Assembly: GCF_006345805.1 (NCBI RefSeq)
Contig: NW_021833791.1
Coordinates: 6,780 to 70,779, forward strand
Length of the DNA: 64,000 bases
Reading direction: 5' to 3'
Origin: Octopus sinensis
Taxonomy: Eukaryota
Shown: positions 25,525 to 38,172 of the stretch, piece after piece
Layout of the letters: every line of letters starts with the position of its first letter
Position numbering within the stretch: the stretch's first letter is position 1
Notes under the pieces: model-generated
The model's database searches: none
Told to the model about the DNA's origin: nothing
The model's input: the letters and a program-made list of their open reading frames with translations, nothing else
Made by a program: the position numbers and the translations under genes

Positions 25525-25725
25525 TTCTTATTCTTTTACTTGTTTCAGTCATTTAACTGCGGCCATACTGGTGCACCGCCTTTAGTCGAACAAATCGACC
25601 CCAGGAATTATTCTTTGTAAGCCTGGTGCTTATTCTATCAGTCCTCTTTGCCAAACCGGTAGATTACGGGGAAGTAAACGTACCAACATCGGTTGTCAAG
25701 CAATGGTGTGGGACAAACACACAAA
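25525..25725 (-). mobile_element. SINE 3' half (family of 42543-42940)
   Basis: Reverse-complement match to the full-length copy. Confidence 0.85.
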
Positions 25726-27049
25726 TAAATACGTATAGCTATATATATATAGTTTGTAGTCCACCACAACACGTGGGTATGTGGGTATTTGGTTAGAGTA
25801 GTATGGAAGTTACAAAACTGTCCCGAAGTGGATGAATATATTCAAATATATTAAAGGATAAAATCGTTAAATCATTTCAGTGGCCAGCATATAAAATAGA
25901 AATTTTAGATAATTCATATATATTTGATGCGAATATATTTGTGGTATTTGCATGTAATCGCAACTTTGCCTTTGCTTCTCTGTGAGTACGCATACATGTC
26001 TCACTTATTTCGCTCAGTATGCTTTTCTAATAGAGGAAGCCTTATCAAACTAATCCAGAAAACTTAGTTTTGCAAAAGTTGTTTCATTTCGATTTCAAAA
26101 TTTTTATTGAAATTCTCATAAATATTCGCCGATTCATACCCTGCCCTATTTTAAACATACCCCGATATTGCTGAGTACAAACGACTTGTATGAACGAGAA
26201 ATGCAGCAACAAAACCACTAACACTAAAGTTTAGGTTGAATCTATCTTCCTAGGTATACGTATATACTTGCCGTGTGCCCTATCTACCTATATACATACA
26301 CACATGCATATGCATACATACATGCATACATACATACATACATACATATTACATGCATTCATACATACATAGATACACACCTAGATACATGCATGCATGA
26401 ATGCATACACACATATATACATGCATATATATATATATATACACTTATTTTCTGTGTGTTCGTCATTGGGTGTCTAAACGACATTCGATGTGGATGTATG
26501 TGTATATTTGTATAGATCTATCTTTTTCTCCCTCAAACAATATATATATATATACGTGTTACGATTTAGTCCTTTTGCAACATTGAAATATACCTTTCGG
26601 TACTTTTGCCCTGTATGATCATACCCTACTATTATTCATATATTCGGGTATATTTCTATTTATATTTATTTTCCAACTGCTAATGCTCTCTGTCAATCAA
26701 TTCACAGACTGACCATTTCCAAAGACACCCATCTTCATATATGTCTTACATCCCCCTCCCTCTCTTCTGTACTTTCTTTCTCACCATGTTTCTTTCCTTT
26801 CTCTCCTCTATTGTTTTGAGGAGTATTTATTCTCCCTTTATCATTTCTCTTAAATATATAATATTTCAAACTATTTTCTTTACTTTTCACAGACTGATAT
26901 TTCCTAAGATACCCTTTTTTTCTATTCTCCTACATCCCCTCCCTCTCTCATGTGCTTCCTCTTTCTCTCCATGCTTCCTTTCTGTCTGTCATTGAGTCCC
27001 CGATGTCATATCTAATCTAACATAACAGCCTTAACAGCCATCAAACATA

Positions 27050-27230
27050 ACAGCCATAGGAACGGTTTCAATAACATCTCTTATCTTTTCTTTGTTAATG
27101 ATCTGAAGCAGTATGAGCCAAATATTAACCACGATAAAGAGCAACTGGATCTCATAATCCTTTTCTCAAAAGATATCGGAATGGAATTTGTTGTGTCCAA
27201 ATGTAAACTTTGAGAGACAAAATTTGGTAA
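27050..27230 (+). mobile_element. REL-type LINE RT fragment
   Basis: SYLFFVNDLKQYE...QLDLIILFSKDIGMEFVVSKC, the degenerate catalytic region. Confidence 0.55.
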
Positions 27231-28699
27231 CCTTTTTCCCCCTCTCCAACACATTAAAATTAACCACCTAGAAATACAGTCTCAGCTCTCTTGGAAAAGT
27301 TACAAATGTTTTCAACAAGATGAGAATGTCGGGTCCATTCATAAGGAGCGGACAAAATATAAGTTCTTGAAGAGGGTAAAAAACAATGGTCATCTGAACT
27401 CTCAGTTTACAACACGTGTACTGCTCCTTTGCAGTGCTTTTCCTCACACCTATACTATACGTTCTGAACTGGTCACTATCAGAACTCAGTGAGATGGATA
27501 TAGATCCAATGAGCTGCTACGTAGTACAAAAACTTCAAATTCATTGGAGATTTTGATAGGCTATACTTCTCAAGCATGTATGGTGACCGTGGTCTCAAAC
27601 ACCAGCTTCTATAATGGCTGAGTCAACAAAAATGGAATCTACAATAATGAGGAAAGTACAAAAGATAAATTGATCATCCCCAAATAGAGAAACGAACTAG
27701 GATAATGCTTAAATTTGAGCTTTCAGCATTTAACACAATTATTTACTTCGGTAGTTAAGGTAGTATCTTAATAAATAAGACATTTATTATTAGTTGTAAG
27801 ACTTCGAAGAGTGTCAACAATTAATCGTAAAATGCGAGTGACTGATTTTCATTTATTCTTTCATTCATGGAGAATATGAAACAGAAACATTTATGTAATG
27901 GTAATCCACTAGCAACCAACAATGACCAGTGTCCAGGCAAAATGCCGGCATTGCCCGTGCATGTGGTCCTTGCACCCACTGTTGGCTTCACAAAAGTTCA
28001 CGCCCGCTTCGCCTCTCTACTGGACTGGGTATCAGAGAGTCGCCTCGTTGGCAATTGCACAACCTACAATCTTAGGTCCAATAAGGCTTCATAACACCTC
28101 ACAGGCCCTCTTCACCACTCATCTTTGATGATCCAGAGAAAAACCAACGCAAGATATACAGTGCAACAACGGGTCGCAGGCCCGTTGTTGCACTGGATAT
28201 GGAGGACCATACTCACAAGTGCAAACAAAAGATCTTCAAAATGTTCATTGCCGTTCCCTATATATTTTTAATTCAGAGTGACTTTCTCCCAGTGGTCTTC
28301 CAATTCACCGGACACCAACGCGGGATTTCTGAGATCCAGTACTGTTGCAAGATAGTTGTTGAATATACACAAGTTTCATCTGTCCTTTTGGCAAGTATTG
28401 TTTTTAGTCCTGCTGGTTTCTAGTATCCCTCCTGATCAGGCCCTAGTGGTGAAGCCGGTTGAGTCGTCCATTACTTGACCATGCAACAACTTCACTGGAT
28501 TCCATGTTACTGGTAGCACTCATGAGAAACCTCACATGACCACACACACCCACCCACGCACACACCACACACACAGAGTATGAAATTTCTATGAAGAGAT
28601 TTTCACTGAGTAATAAGTTGAAGGGGTGGGAAATATCAAACATATAGTAAAAGAAGGAAAATGCACACAATCTATATACTTTTAATATATTTTATAATA

Positions 28700-29330
28700 G
28701 AGTATTATCATAGTCTACCGGTTTCGCGTTTTGCTAATCATGGCTGGGAAATCGGTGGAAATACTGCAATTCATAGCATTTTAAGGAGTTTTTAGTCCAT
28801 TTTGTTTGCATTAGAGATTTGTTGTAAATGAACCAGTATGTCAAAAAATCTAAGGAGAGGTAATTGGTGATTGTTATTTCTCGCGGAACACTTTTTGTGG
28901 GTTACACTTTTTGGGGAGGGTAAATTTACAGTATTTATACTACGAAGTTAGTTATGCGTTAATGAATTAAAATATTTACAAAATCCAAAATTGGTTATGC
29001 CTTCATATCCAGATACGGTTTGTATTTTTCATTTTATTTAATCATTCTTATACAGAGATTGTTTCCTTGCACTTGTAGAAGGGGAAATTCCCTGCACATC
29101 TCTATTTGTTCGCTGAATGGTATGTATTTGCACCTTGGGAAATGAATCTTTTCTTTAGGAAATATAGTTCTCCGTCTAAGTGGCATCTTTGTTTGGCCTA
29201 TATAGTTGTGTCCGCATCTTGAACAAGTTAATACATAAATTAAAAAAAACTTGGCAAGCACAAATGAAATTAATCCTAATTGTAAATCTCTGTCGTTTTT
29301 TGAAGTGAATTCCGAACCAAATAGGTTGAA
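28700..29330 (-). mobile_element. Penelope-like element 3' end (GIY-YIG endonuclease remnant plus terminal repeat)
   Basis: LIYVLTCSRCGHNYIGQTKMPLRRR and a terminal EKYKPYLD motif, followed by a non-coding repeat that contains an HHR motif. Confidence 0.8.
28712..28745 (-). ncRNA. Minimal hammerhead motif, A3-U8 core variant
   Basis: AGCC-AUGAUUA-GC-aaaac-GC-GAAACCGGUA-GACU. Helix III is the palindrome ACCGGU and helix I has one mismatch. Confidence 0.5.
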
Positions 29331-29451
29331 GCATGTATGTAAGTATGTATGTATGTATGTATGTATGTATGTATGTATGTATGTATGTATGTATGCATGC
29401 ATGCATGCATGCATGTATGTATGTATGTATGTATGTATGTATGTATGTATG

Positions 29452-29482
<31 letters not shown>

Positions 29483-29504
29483 GTATGTATGTATGTAAGT
29501 ATGT

Positions 29505-29720
29505 GTGTAGAGCTGAAAAAGAGGTAATTTCTACTCTTCTCCTCTGGAAGCCATCTACTCGCAATACCAGAGGGCGCACACTCTCCTACCCTGATGTAAT
29601 CTCCAGGGATACAGGCATCCAGCAACAGGACCTCCGTAATGCCATGATAGACCGTGAAGTCTGGCGTAGCATGGTAAATTCCATTGTCTCGACCACGGTC
29701 GAACAATGATGATGATGATG
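29505..29720 (+). mobile_element. RTE-type LINE 3' end with (GAT)n tail
   Basis: STLLLWKPSTRNTRGRTLSYPDVISRDTG...DLRNAMIDREVWRSMV, then stop and (gat)n. Confidence 0.8.
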
Positions 29721-29736
29721 TGTGTATCTATGTATG

Positions 29737-29844
<108 letters not shown>

Positions 29845-30832
29845 CACGTGGTTTGCCTCTGGGGAGGAATTCGCCATCAAAAGGCAGATAATCTCTTCTT
29901 GGTTAGACAAAGTTGAATTTATATATTTAATTTTTTAGCTTAAAAGGTTTTTAAAAGGTTTCTTACACAAAATAGAACAAAGCTCCTAGATATTTTTTGC
30001 CGTTGGTAGCCGTGTACATAATTTCTTTATCTGTGAATTAAGGCTACCATTGGTTTCATGTTAAGAAAAGTAGGAAAATATCCTAGTGTCTAGACATTTT
30101 TCAAGTCTATCACATGAAGGTGTTCGACTCCATTTGGAAAACAGTCTTCTACTTGTATGTTGAGGTAGTACCTCAACATACTAGTGGAAGGAAACCATGC
30201 TCACAACAAAAACAAACCAGTAATGTACAATAACTAGCCATTGATCCATTGTTTTACTGTGTATGTATATCTCTGTCTATGTCTCTATGTATCTCTGAGG
30301 ATGAGGATGAGTGTGTGTGTGTATATAGGTATAGCTATACTTTTGTATATGTGTGTGTGTCTATGTACATGTGCTTATGTCTGTATAGCCATATATGCTG
30401 TTGACATACAATCTTTGCACTAGTTGAGCGTCATATAATAAATAATATTTTTCTGTTGTTTGACAAAACATGTGAAAGTTATATTGAACGTTCTTGATTG
30501 GCTGGTAAATTATGTATCAATTAATATTATATAATGATGAGGTTAATGTTCAAATTAATATTAAATATATTTTGTATATTCAGAATTTCTAATATGTATA
30601 TTGGTTCTATATTTAGAAATATGCCTTTGTTCTGAATCTAACTTGATATAGGTTAATGATCTGACAATGATGTATATATAATCATATCAAAGGGAAATGG
30701 AATTTAATTAAGATTATAACATTTAATCAAAATTTACATTTCCAGTGGTCTAACGTGTAAAAAAATTAGTCAAAAAGACTATATATTAGTCATACTATAT
30801 ATTGTATATTTAAACACATAAGGAATCATGAC

Positions 30833-30887
<55 letters not shown>

Positions 30888-31153
30888 GAGAGAGAAGAGA
30901 GAGAGAGAGAAGGTTAAGTCAATCTCTGTCTCTCTTGCTTACACTTGTGGTTTCGACCTCGAACCCACAAGTGTAAACAAGGGAGACAGAGACCGGCAGA
31001 AAACAAGGAAAATGCCTCTTGTATTTGAATACTATGCAAATATTCTTTTAAAATACTTTTCATTTAATTTTTTCCAAATTTCCAATGAACGGAACCGGTA
31101 CTGAAATGTTTTTTATAAAATTATTTTGGCATTTTCTATCTTGACTTTTTTCC

Positions 31154-31232
<79 letters not shown>

Positions 31233-31375
31233 GCAATAAAGATTCAAGTTAATTTAAATGAATTTACTTGAATATGGTACCTAACTTAGATGCACCAAAA
31301 AAAACTATACTGTTTTAACAATACAGTAATGTGGGGTGATTATAAGCGAGAAAGAAGCAACAAGAATGGATAGGT

Positions 31376-31466
31376 TTTTAGTACAATCGTTTCATACAAG
31401 GACAGGCTTTATTAAAAGTTGCAAAAATTACAGCATATAAACGTGTCCCGTACTCATCAGCTAAAA
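31376..31466 (-). ncRNA. Type I hammerhead ribozyme (family 2), C3-G8 core
   Basis: Reverse complement of the 32684-32774 motif. Confidence 0.8.
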
Positions 31467-32683
31467 TACATGTGAGTTCTCTAGACATCCTAGTGGTTGA
31501 GGCTATACTCATGAAGTAATGTAGATAATTAAGTAATTCTATTTCAAAATTAAATAAATAAGGCTACCCCCTCGGTGATAATATGATTATCTTCATTATG
31601 ATAGACAATCCCCTAACACCTTGTAAATGATCTTCTAAGATTTGACCTGTAGTCCGTCAATGTATGAATAATAACGGCAACTCCTTAAGACAATAAAATG
31701 AATAAATTAAATAAGTAAATTTTAATGACTTTTTGATAAGATTATACTTAGATTTTCCTAATGTATTTTCTTTTGATTTTAGCATCTGACCCCTAAACCC
31801 CTAACTGTGTTATCTCTTTAGATCTCTTTAAATTCATAGCTGATTTCAACAGCAATAAATTAGCTGTTTTAACTGGTCAAAGAATAATATTCTCCTCTAG
31901 TTCCTAGATGCCTGTAAATTAAAACCAGACTTGCCGTCTACTAATTCTTCTGTATAACTAGAACCCTCTTTTTTTCTTTTTCTTTTTTCCCTTCTTTCCC
32001 TATTTCTTCTCTTTTCTCTTTTTCTTTTTCTTCTTCTTATTCTCTTTTTTTCTTTCTCTTCTCTTTTAGTCCTCCTTCTTCCCCCCCTTTTTTGCTCCCT
32101 CCTCCCTTATTTTCTCTCTTTTCTTCTATTCCCTTCCCTTTTCTATTCTTTGCCTCTCTAGAAAGCCCTTCAGCCTTTAAAAGTTAAATAGCTACAGCCT
32201 CTTGTAAATAGCAGTAATGTGATTAATGTGGCAAATACCTAATCATATAACAAGAATTGATACCTACCTCATTGTGTTCAACCATTGATATTTATCGCCT
32301 GTGAATATGAAATTCCTCTTCATTTCTCTGGAAATTTACATCTACACCACTGGAAATTGTGCATCTATACAAAGGATTAATTCACCCTCTCTGTAATGCT
32401 AATAAGCAGGAATTGAGACCCCTCGTTGTGATTAACAATGGATAAATTTGTCTTCTGTGAGTATGTAATCCCTCATCATATCTCTGGAAATTCATATGTG
32501 CACTATGGATTAGGTCACCTTCTCTGTGATGCTATTAAAACTTTTTAAAAATTCTGTGATAAGACTGTACGTCATCTTTAAAGAACTTTAATGAACTTTG
32601 GAAATCTGTTTATGTTACTTAATTATCTACATTACTTCATGAGTATAGCCTCAACCACTAGGATGTCTAGGAACTCACATGTA

Positions 32684-32774
32684 TTTTAGCTGATGAGTAC
32701 GGGACACGTTTATATGCTGTAATTTTTGCAACTTTTAATAAAGCCTGTCCTTGTATGAAACGATTGTACTAAAA
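32684..32774 (+). ncRNA. Type I hammerhead ribozyme (family 2), C3-G8 core, long helix II
   Basis: UUUUAG-CUGAUGA-GUACGGGACA...UGUCCUUGUAU-GAAAC-GAUU-GUA-CUAAAA. Helix I is 6 bp and the cleavage triplet is GUA. Confidence 0.8.
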
Positions 32775-32804
32775 ACCTATCCATTCTTGTTGCTTCTTTC
32801 TCGC

Positions 32805-32951
<147 letters not shown>

Positions 32952-33786
32952 CATTTATATATGTATATGCATATATGTGTATATATGTGTATGGGTGTAT
33001 ATGTGTCTGGTGTGTATTTATGTTTATGTATGAGTGGGGTTTTAGTTGTCGATATATGTAAATCATATTTATATAGACAACTATATAAAGTAGAATTTAG
33101 AAATATTAACTTATACTATAATTAAAGTAAGGTTAACAATTAGTAAAGAAGATTCGGTTTACGGAACATAATGTCATGCAGTTTTTGTTTGTATACTATT
33201 GCTAAGCGTAATAATTTAGATTAGTCATTTTGTTTGAAGTGTATTTTATCTACCTCCTACACACACGCAGATTCCTGAAAGCGAAAATGCTCCTAACGGT
33301 TTAATAGAGATTTGCGTTTTTTTATTTACCAAAATGTTGTAACAAGGAACTTTCTCTAAGTTCCCTGATGAAGCTGTTTTCCTAAATGCATTGTATTGAT
33401 TAATTATTTAATTATTAATCATTTAATTATATAATCAAACGGATATGCTCTTGGTAAATTAGCTGAAAGATGTGTCGGATATTTTATTTACTTATTAATC
33501 TTTTGTGAACTTTATAGATATTAGGAGAAATAAATAATTAATTGCTATACCACTTTTCCATTGTGATCTTTATTTTATGCACATAGACACAGACATATAC
33601 ACATACACACTCAGACACACACACACGCACACCACACACACACACACACATACACACACACACACACAATACATATATATATATACACATATGAGGGTTT
33701 ACCCGAAAGAAACCGGAATTTTACAATATTATTGTATTCATATAGTTTTACATGTTTACACTTTTATTGCCTTCAAAGTATTTTCT

Positions 33787-33928
33787 ACATTATTTACATT
33801 TGGCGGATATTTGATCTCATCTTGTTTCTTGTTAACACAACGTTTCGGCTGATATATTCTCCAGCCTTCATCAGGTGTCTCGGGGAAATTTCGAACCTGG
33901 GTTCTCATTCCTAAGGTATTTTTCAATG

Positions 33929-33932
<4 letters not shown>
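33787..33932 (-). mobile_element. HHR family 1 repeat body
   Basis: Matches the arms of 1091-1368 and abuts an (AAT)n tract at 33933-34010. Confidence 0.85.
33834..33879 (-). ncRNA. Minimal type I hammerhead, C3-G8 core, all helices intact
   Basis: GACAC-CUGAUGA-A-GGCUG-gagaauauau-CAGCC-GAAACGUU-GUGUU. Confidence 0.75.
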
Positions 33933-34010
<78 letters not shown>

Positions 34011-34013
<3 letters not shown>

Positions 34014-37000
34014 TAGTTTTATTTTTATAGCGTGCTTTCACTTCACTACCGAGCGCAGCTCTGTGTGCCTTGGGTATGAGCTGTGATTTGTTGTGATGCT
34101 CTGATGGTTACTGAATGGAAAGTGTTCTGCGTAGGATGTGTGCAGTGCCTAGTAGTGCAATTTTCTGTATGTTATATGTGTTTGTAAGTCCTGGTGTTTT
34201 TGTTATGTATTTGTCTGAATATTTTTTATCATGCCTAATGCACCTACTATGATAGGAATTGTTTCTGTTTTCAGATTCCACATTCTAGTTACCTCTATTT
34301 CCAGGTCTTTGTATTTTGAGAGTTTCTCCATTTCTTTTAGAGACACGTTGTCATCTGCCGGTATTGATACATCAATTAGAAAGCATTTTTTTTCTTCATG
34401 ATCTCTGACAACTATATCTGGTCTGTTGGCCTTAATTTCTCTATCTGTGTGTATCGGCATATCCCAGAGTATGGTTGCTTTCTCGTTTTCTGTTCCCTTT
34501 TCTGGTGTGTGCCTATACCATCTTTTTTCTGTTGTTATTCCATAATGTTGGCATAGCTTCCAATGTATGTAGGTTCCAACTCTGTCATGTCTGTGAATAT
34601 ATTCCTTCTTAGCCAGGACTGGGCAGCTAGAGATAATATGATTTATTGTTTCTTGTCCATCTCCACATATTCTGCAGTTACTTGTAATATTTCTTTTCAT
34701 TACATGTTTTTGGTAATTTCTGGTGGGGAGGCTTTGGTCTTGTGCTGCAATTAAAAATCCCTCTGTTTCTGCTTTGAGTCCTGAGCTTCTCAACCATTGC
34801 TGGGATTTTTCTTTGTCTATTTCTTTTGCGTTTAGTTTAGTGCAGTATTTACCATGAAGGGGCTTTTCTCATGGTTTGTTGCTGTTCTATTTTTTGTTTG
34901 GATTTCATTTGTTTTATAGCTTTTGTTGTTTCTTCATCATCTTCTTCTTTTTCTTTGTGTTTATTAGGTGGTATGATTTCTTGTTTGTATTTGTCAGCTT
35001 CCTTAAATACTGAGAACAGTATTTTGTTTTGCTCGTGTTTTGCTGCTATCTGGATCAGTTTTCCTTCCTTCTGAAGTAGGTATTTTTGCAGTCCTATGGT
35101 GGTTATTTTATAGTAGTTTTCCAGCTGTATAAGGCCTCTACCACCTTCTATACGTTGTATATATAGTCTTTCTATGTCAGATTTTGGGTGATGCATCCTA
35201 GATCCTGTCAGTATTTTTCTTGTTTTCCTATCTATTTTGGACAGTTCATTTCGTGTCCAGTTAAGCATATTGTAGCTGTAACTTATAACTGGGACAGCCA
35301 AAGTGTTGATACCTTTTATCTTGTTTTTAGCATTGAGCTCTGTTTTTAGTATTGATCTAACTCGTCAATAATATTCTTTTTTTATTTTCTCTTTCATTTG
35401 TGTGTGTTGTGTCTTATCTAGTTCATGGATTCCTAAGTATTTGTAAGTTTGGCTTTGGTCTAATTCTTTTATTTCATTGGTTTTTATCTAGTGTGATGTT
35501 GTTTCTCTTAACTAGTTTTCCTCTTTTCATGGTTACTTTGGCGCATTTTTCTAATCCAAATTTCATATCTATTTCTTTAGTAAATCCATGAACTGTCTTT
35601 AATAGTGTTTCCAGCTGTTTGTCATTTGCAGCGTATAGTTTTAGGTCATCCATATATAAAAGGTGGCTGATCGTTTTGCCGTAACATTTATATCCGCATC
35701 CTGTTCTATTTAGCATATCAGATAGAGGTGACAGTGCCAAGCAGAAAAGGAGTGGAGAGAGCGTGTCTCCCTGGAATATTCCTCTTCTAATGGGGATGTC
35801 TTTGGTTTTCATGAGTCCCTCTTTTGTTTGGAGGTGTAGGACTGTTTGCCATTTATTCATAGCGTGCTCTATGAATTTTATGATTGTTGGTGCTACTTTG
35901 TTAATGGCTAGTGTTTCGAGGATCCATGTGTGGGGGATGCTATCAAACGCCTTTTTGTAGTCAATCCAGGCCATACTGAGGCCTTTCTTCTTTCTGTGGC
36001 TGTCTTCAGTTACGGCTTTATTAATCATTAGTTGATCTTTACAGCTATATGAGCCTTTGTGGCATCCTTTCTGCTCTTCTGGGAACAGTTTGTTTTCGTC
36101 CAAGTGCTTGTTCAGCCTTTGCGATATCACTGCAGTAAATGCCTTGAACATAGTAGGGAGGCAGGTTATTTGGTCTGTAGTTTTCTGGTTTTGCTGTTTC
36201 ATTTGATTTGGGAATTAAGATGGTTTTCCCCTTCGTGAGCCATTCAGGCATTGTCTCTGGCTCTGCTAGTATGTTGTTAAAGTTTTCAGCCAGCTTTTTG
36301 TGCATTCCTGTTAGATATTTCAACCAGAAGTTGGGGATCTTGTCATGCCCAGGTGCCTTCCAGTTGCTTAGTTTTTGCAGTGCCTGGGTGACCTCTTCAG
36401 TTGTTATGGGGGTCCAAAGTTGTTCAGATGCCGCGTTTGTTATTTCGATACTCTTTTTTTTTGGCTCTTCGTTCGCCGACCATATTTCTCTCCAGAATTC
36501 TTCCAATTCTTCTGCCGTTGGTGCTGCAGTGACTTCTATTTTATTTTTGCCCAGTTCTTGGTAGAACTTTTTGGGGTTGGAGTTGAACTTTTTGTTTTGT
36601 TCAAAGAAGCGCTGGCGTTTCTCGTACCGGCGGATCCTTTGTGCTTTGGCAAGGATATCTTGCTTCAGCTTTTCTTTTATCTCAGGCAAATCTTTTTCTG
36701 TGATGTTATATTTGCGGAGCATTTTTGTTCTCTTTTTGTTGCTCAGTAGCGTTGATTGTTTGCTGATTTCATTAAGAATCGACAGGTCTTTTCTAATTTT
36801 TTTTATTTTGTTTTGGATGTTATTTATCCACAGGGTTTGTTTGGGTGGTGGTACTTCTGTTTGGGCGGGTTTGGGTGAGTATCCAGCTTCTTTTGTGGCT
36901 GCAGTGGCTGCTGCGTATATCAAGTCATTTAGTTCAGTGATATCACTTTTTTTTGTTTCAGTGGCTATTAGTTCAGTGACGGCTAGGTTTATGCTGTTTA

Positions 37001-38100
37001 TAATTGGTGTTGTTATTTCGTTTATTTTTATTCTTGGGAGGTATGGTCGGTGGTCCATTTTGGGCTCTGTGGTTTTCAATTCTTTGATTATTTTATTTTT
37101 TATATTATCATAATCATTAGGCTCCCCTTCGTTGTTTACATCGTGTTTGTTGGGAATGTTGCGTTTGTCTTCGTGTTTTACAGTTTTAGTGTTTATATTA
37201 TTGGACATTGTTGTGTGGCTTCTATCTACATTTTCCTGGTGTATTTTTTCTTTTAAATGTTCTATTTCTATTTCTGATATTTTTTTGGCTTTGAGAATGT
37301 ATCTTCGTACGTTAGCTAATTTATTAGGGTTCATTGCTGTATCCAAGTCTATATCTCTATTATTTTCCTTCCATATTTTATATGTATGTGTTGTTGTATT
37401 TTCATTTTTTGTGTAGAGCATTGCTGTGAAGTATGCGTGTAAGATAGAAATGTATTCCTCACGTGTCCATTTACGTCTTTTGGGTTTTATTTGCGGGACA
37501 TGAGGTACAATGTCCGGCCCATTATTTTGACGGTCGTCATTTTCGTAGGGTACCGGTCCGTTTATTTCTGTTGTCACATTATTTCGCACGTGTAGTTTTT
37601 CGTACATTTTTTGTTGTAAGTTTAATGTACGTACCGCTCGATTGTTATTCTTGGGTTGAATAGTATCGGTGACATTTAATTTCTTCGTAGTTCCTTTGTA
37701 CATGGTGTTTGAGGTCGGGGATGATCGTGATGTTCCACGCATGTTTACATGTGTTGTGTTAGAGGTGGAGATAATATCGAGTCAAAATACATCATTTCGT
37801 TTCGAAAATAGTAATAAATTTCAATTAGTATTATTTACTCGGATACAGTCCAATTCTTTGTTAGTAAATCTTTGGCTCCATAGGGTGTCCTTGTTTTCGA
37901 TGTTTGTGGATAGATTTCGGAGCTCTGTATTTTCCTTCTTACATCTTAAACGTCCCCGGTGTTCTCTCTTAAACGTCCCCGGTGTTCTCTCTTAAACGTC
38001 TCCGGTGTTCTCTCTTAAACGTCCCCGGTGTTCTCCTCTTAAACGTCCCCGGTGTTCTCTCTTAAACGTCCCCGGTGTTCTCCCGTCCCCGGTGTTCTCC
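34011..38100 (-). mobile_element. Full-length R4/Dong-type LINE (lineage A, copy A1), frameshifted
   Basis: N-terminal KRRKWTREEY. RT motifs WKAPGHD, WIDYKKAFDSIPH, GIFQGDTLSPLLF and LLYMDDLKLY. CCHC knuckle CRICG...HIISSC and REL motif NRPDIVV. (AAT)n tracts at both ends. Confidence 0.95.
37945..38100 (-). repeat. Tandem array of a 23-bp unit (about 6.5 copies) at the LINE 5' end
   Basis: The plus-strand unit cttaaacgtccccggtgttctct is repeated head-to-tail with minor variants. Confidence 0.95.
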
Positions 38101-38112
38101 TTATTATTATTA

Positions 38113-38149
<37 letters not shown>

Positions 38150-38172
38150 TATTATTATTATTATTATTATTA

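Larger units (their letters stand above)
31346..32804. mobile_element. 1.46-kb element bounded by 190-bp near-identical inverted repeats, each carrying a hammerhead
   Basis: 31346-31536 is the reverse complement of 32615-32804 apart from one indel. The interior has no long ORF. Confidence 0.85.

Noticed and set aside
30151-30185. TGAGGTAGTA (let-7 5' end) inside a 12-bp hairpin
   Set aside because: The match stops after 10 nt, lies across the loop of a short palindrome, and there is no let-7 precursor structure.
31085-31110. ggaaccggta as a remnant of the GAAACCGGU hammerhead family
   Set aside because: The core and helices are too degraded to support a call.
37945-38100. 23-bp repeat array as a CRISPR
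   Set aside because: The units are directly adjacent with no spacers, the context is a eukaryotic LINE 5' end, and there are no cas genes.
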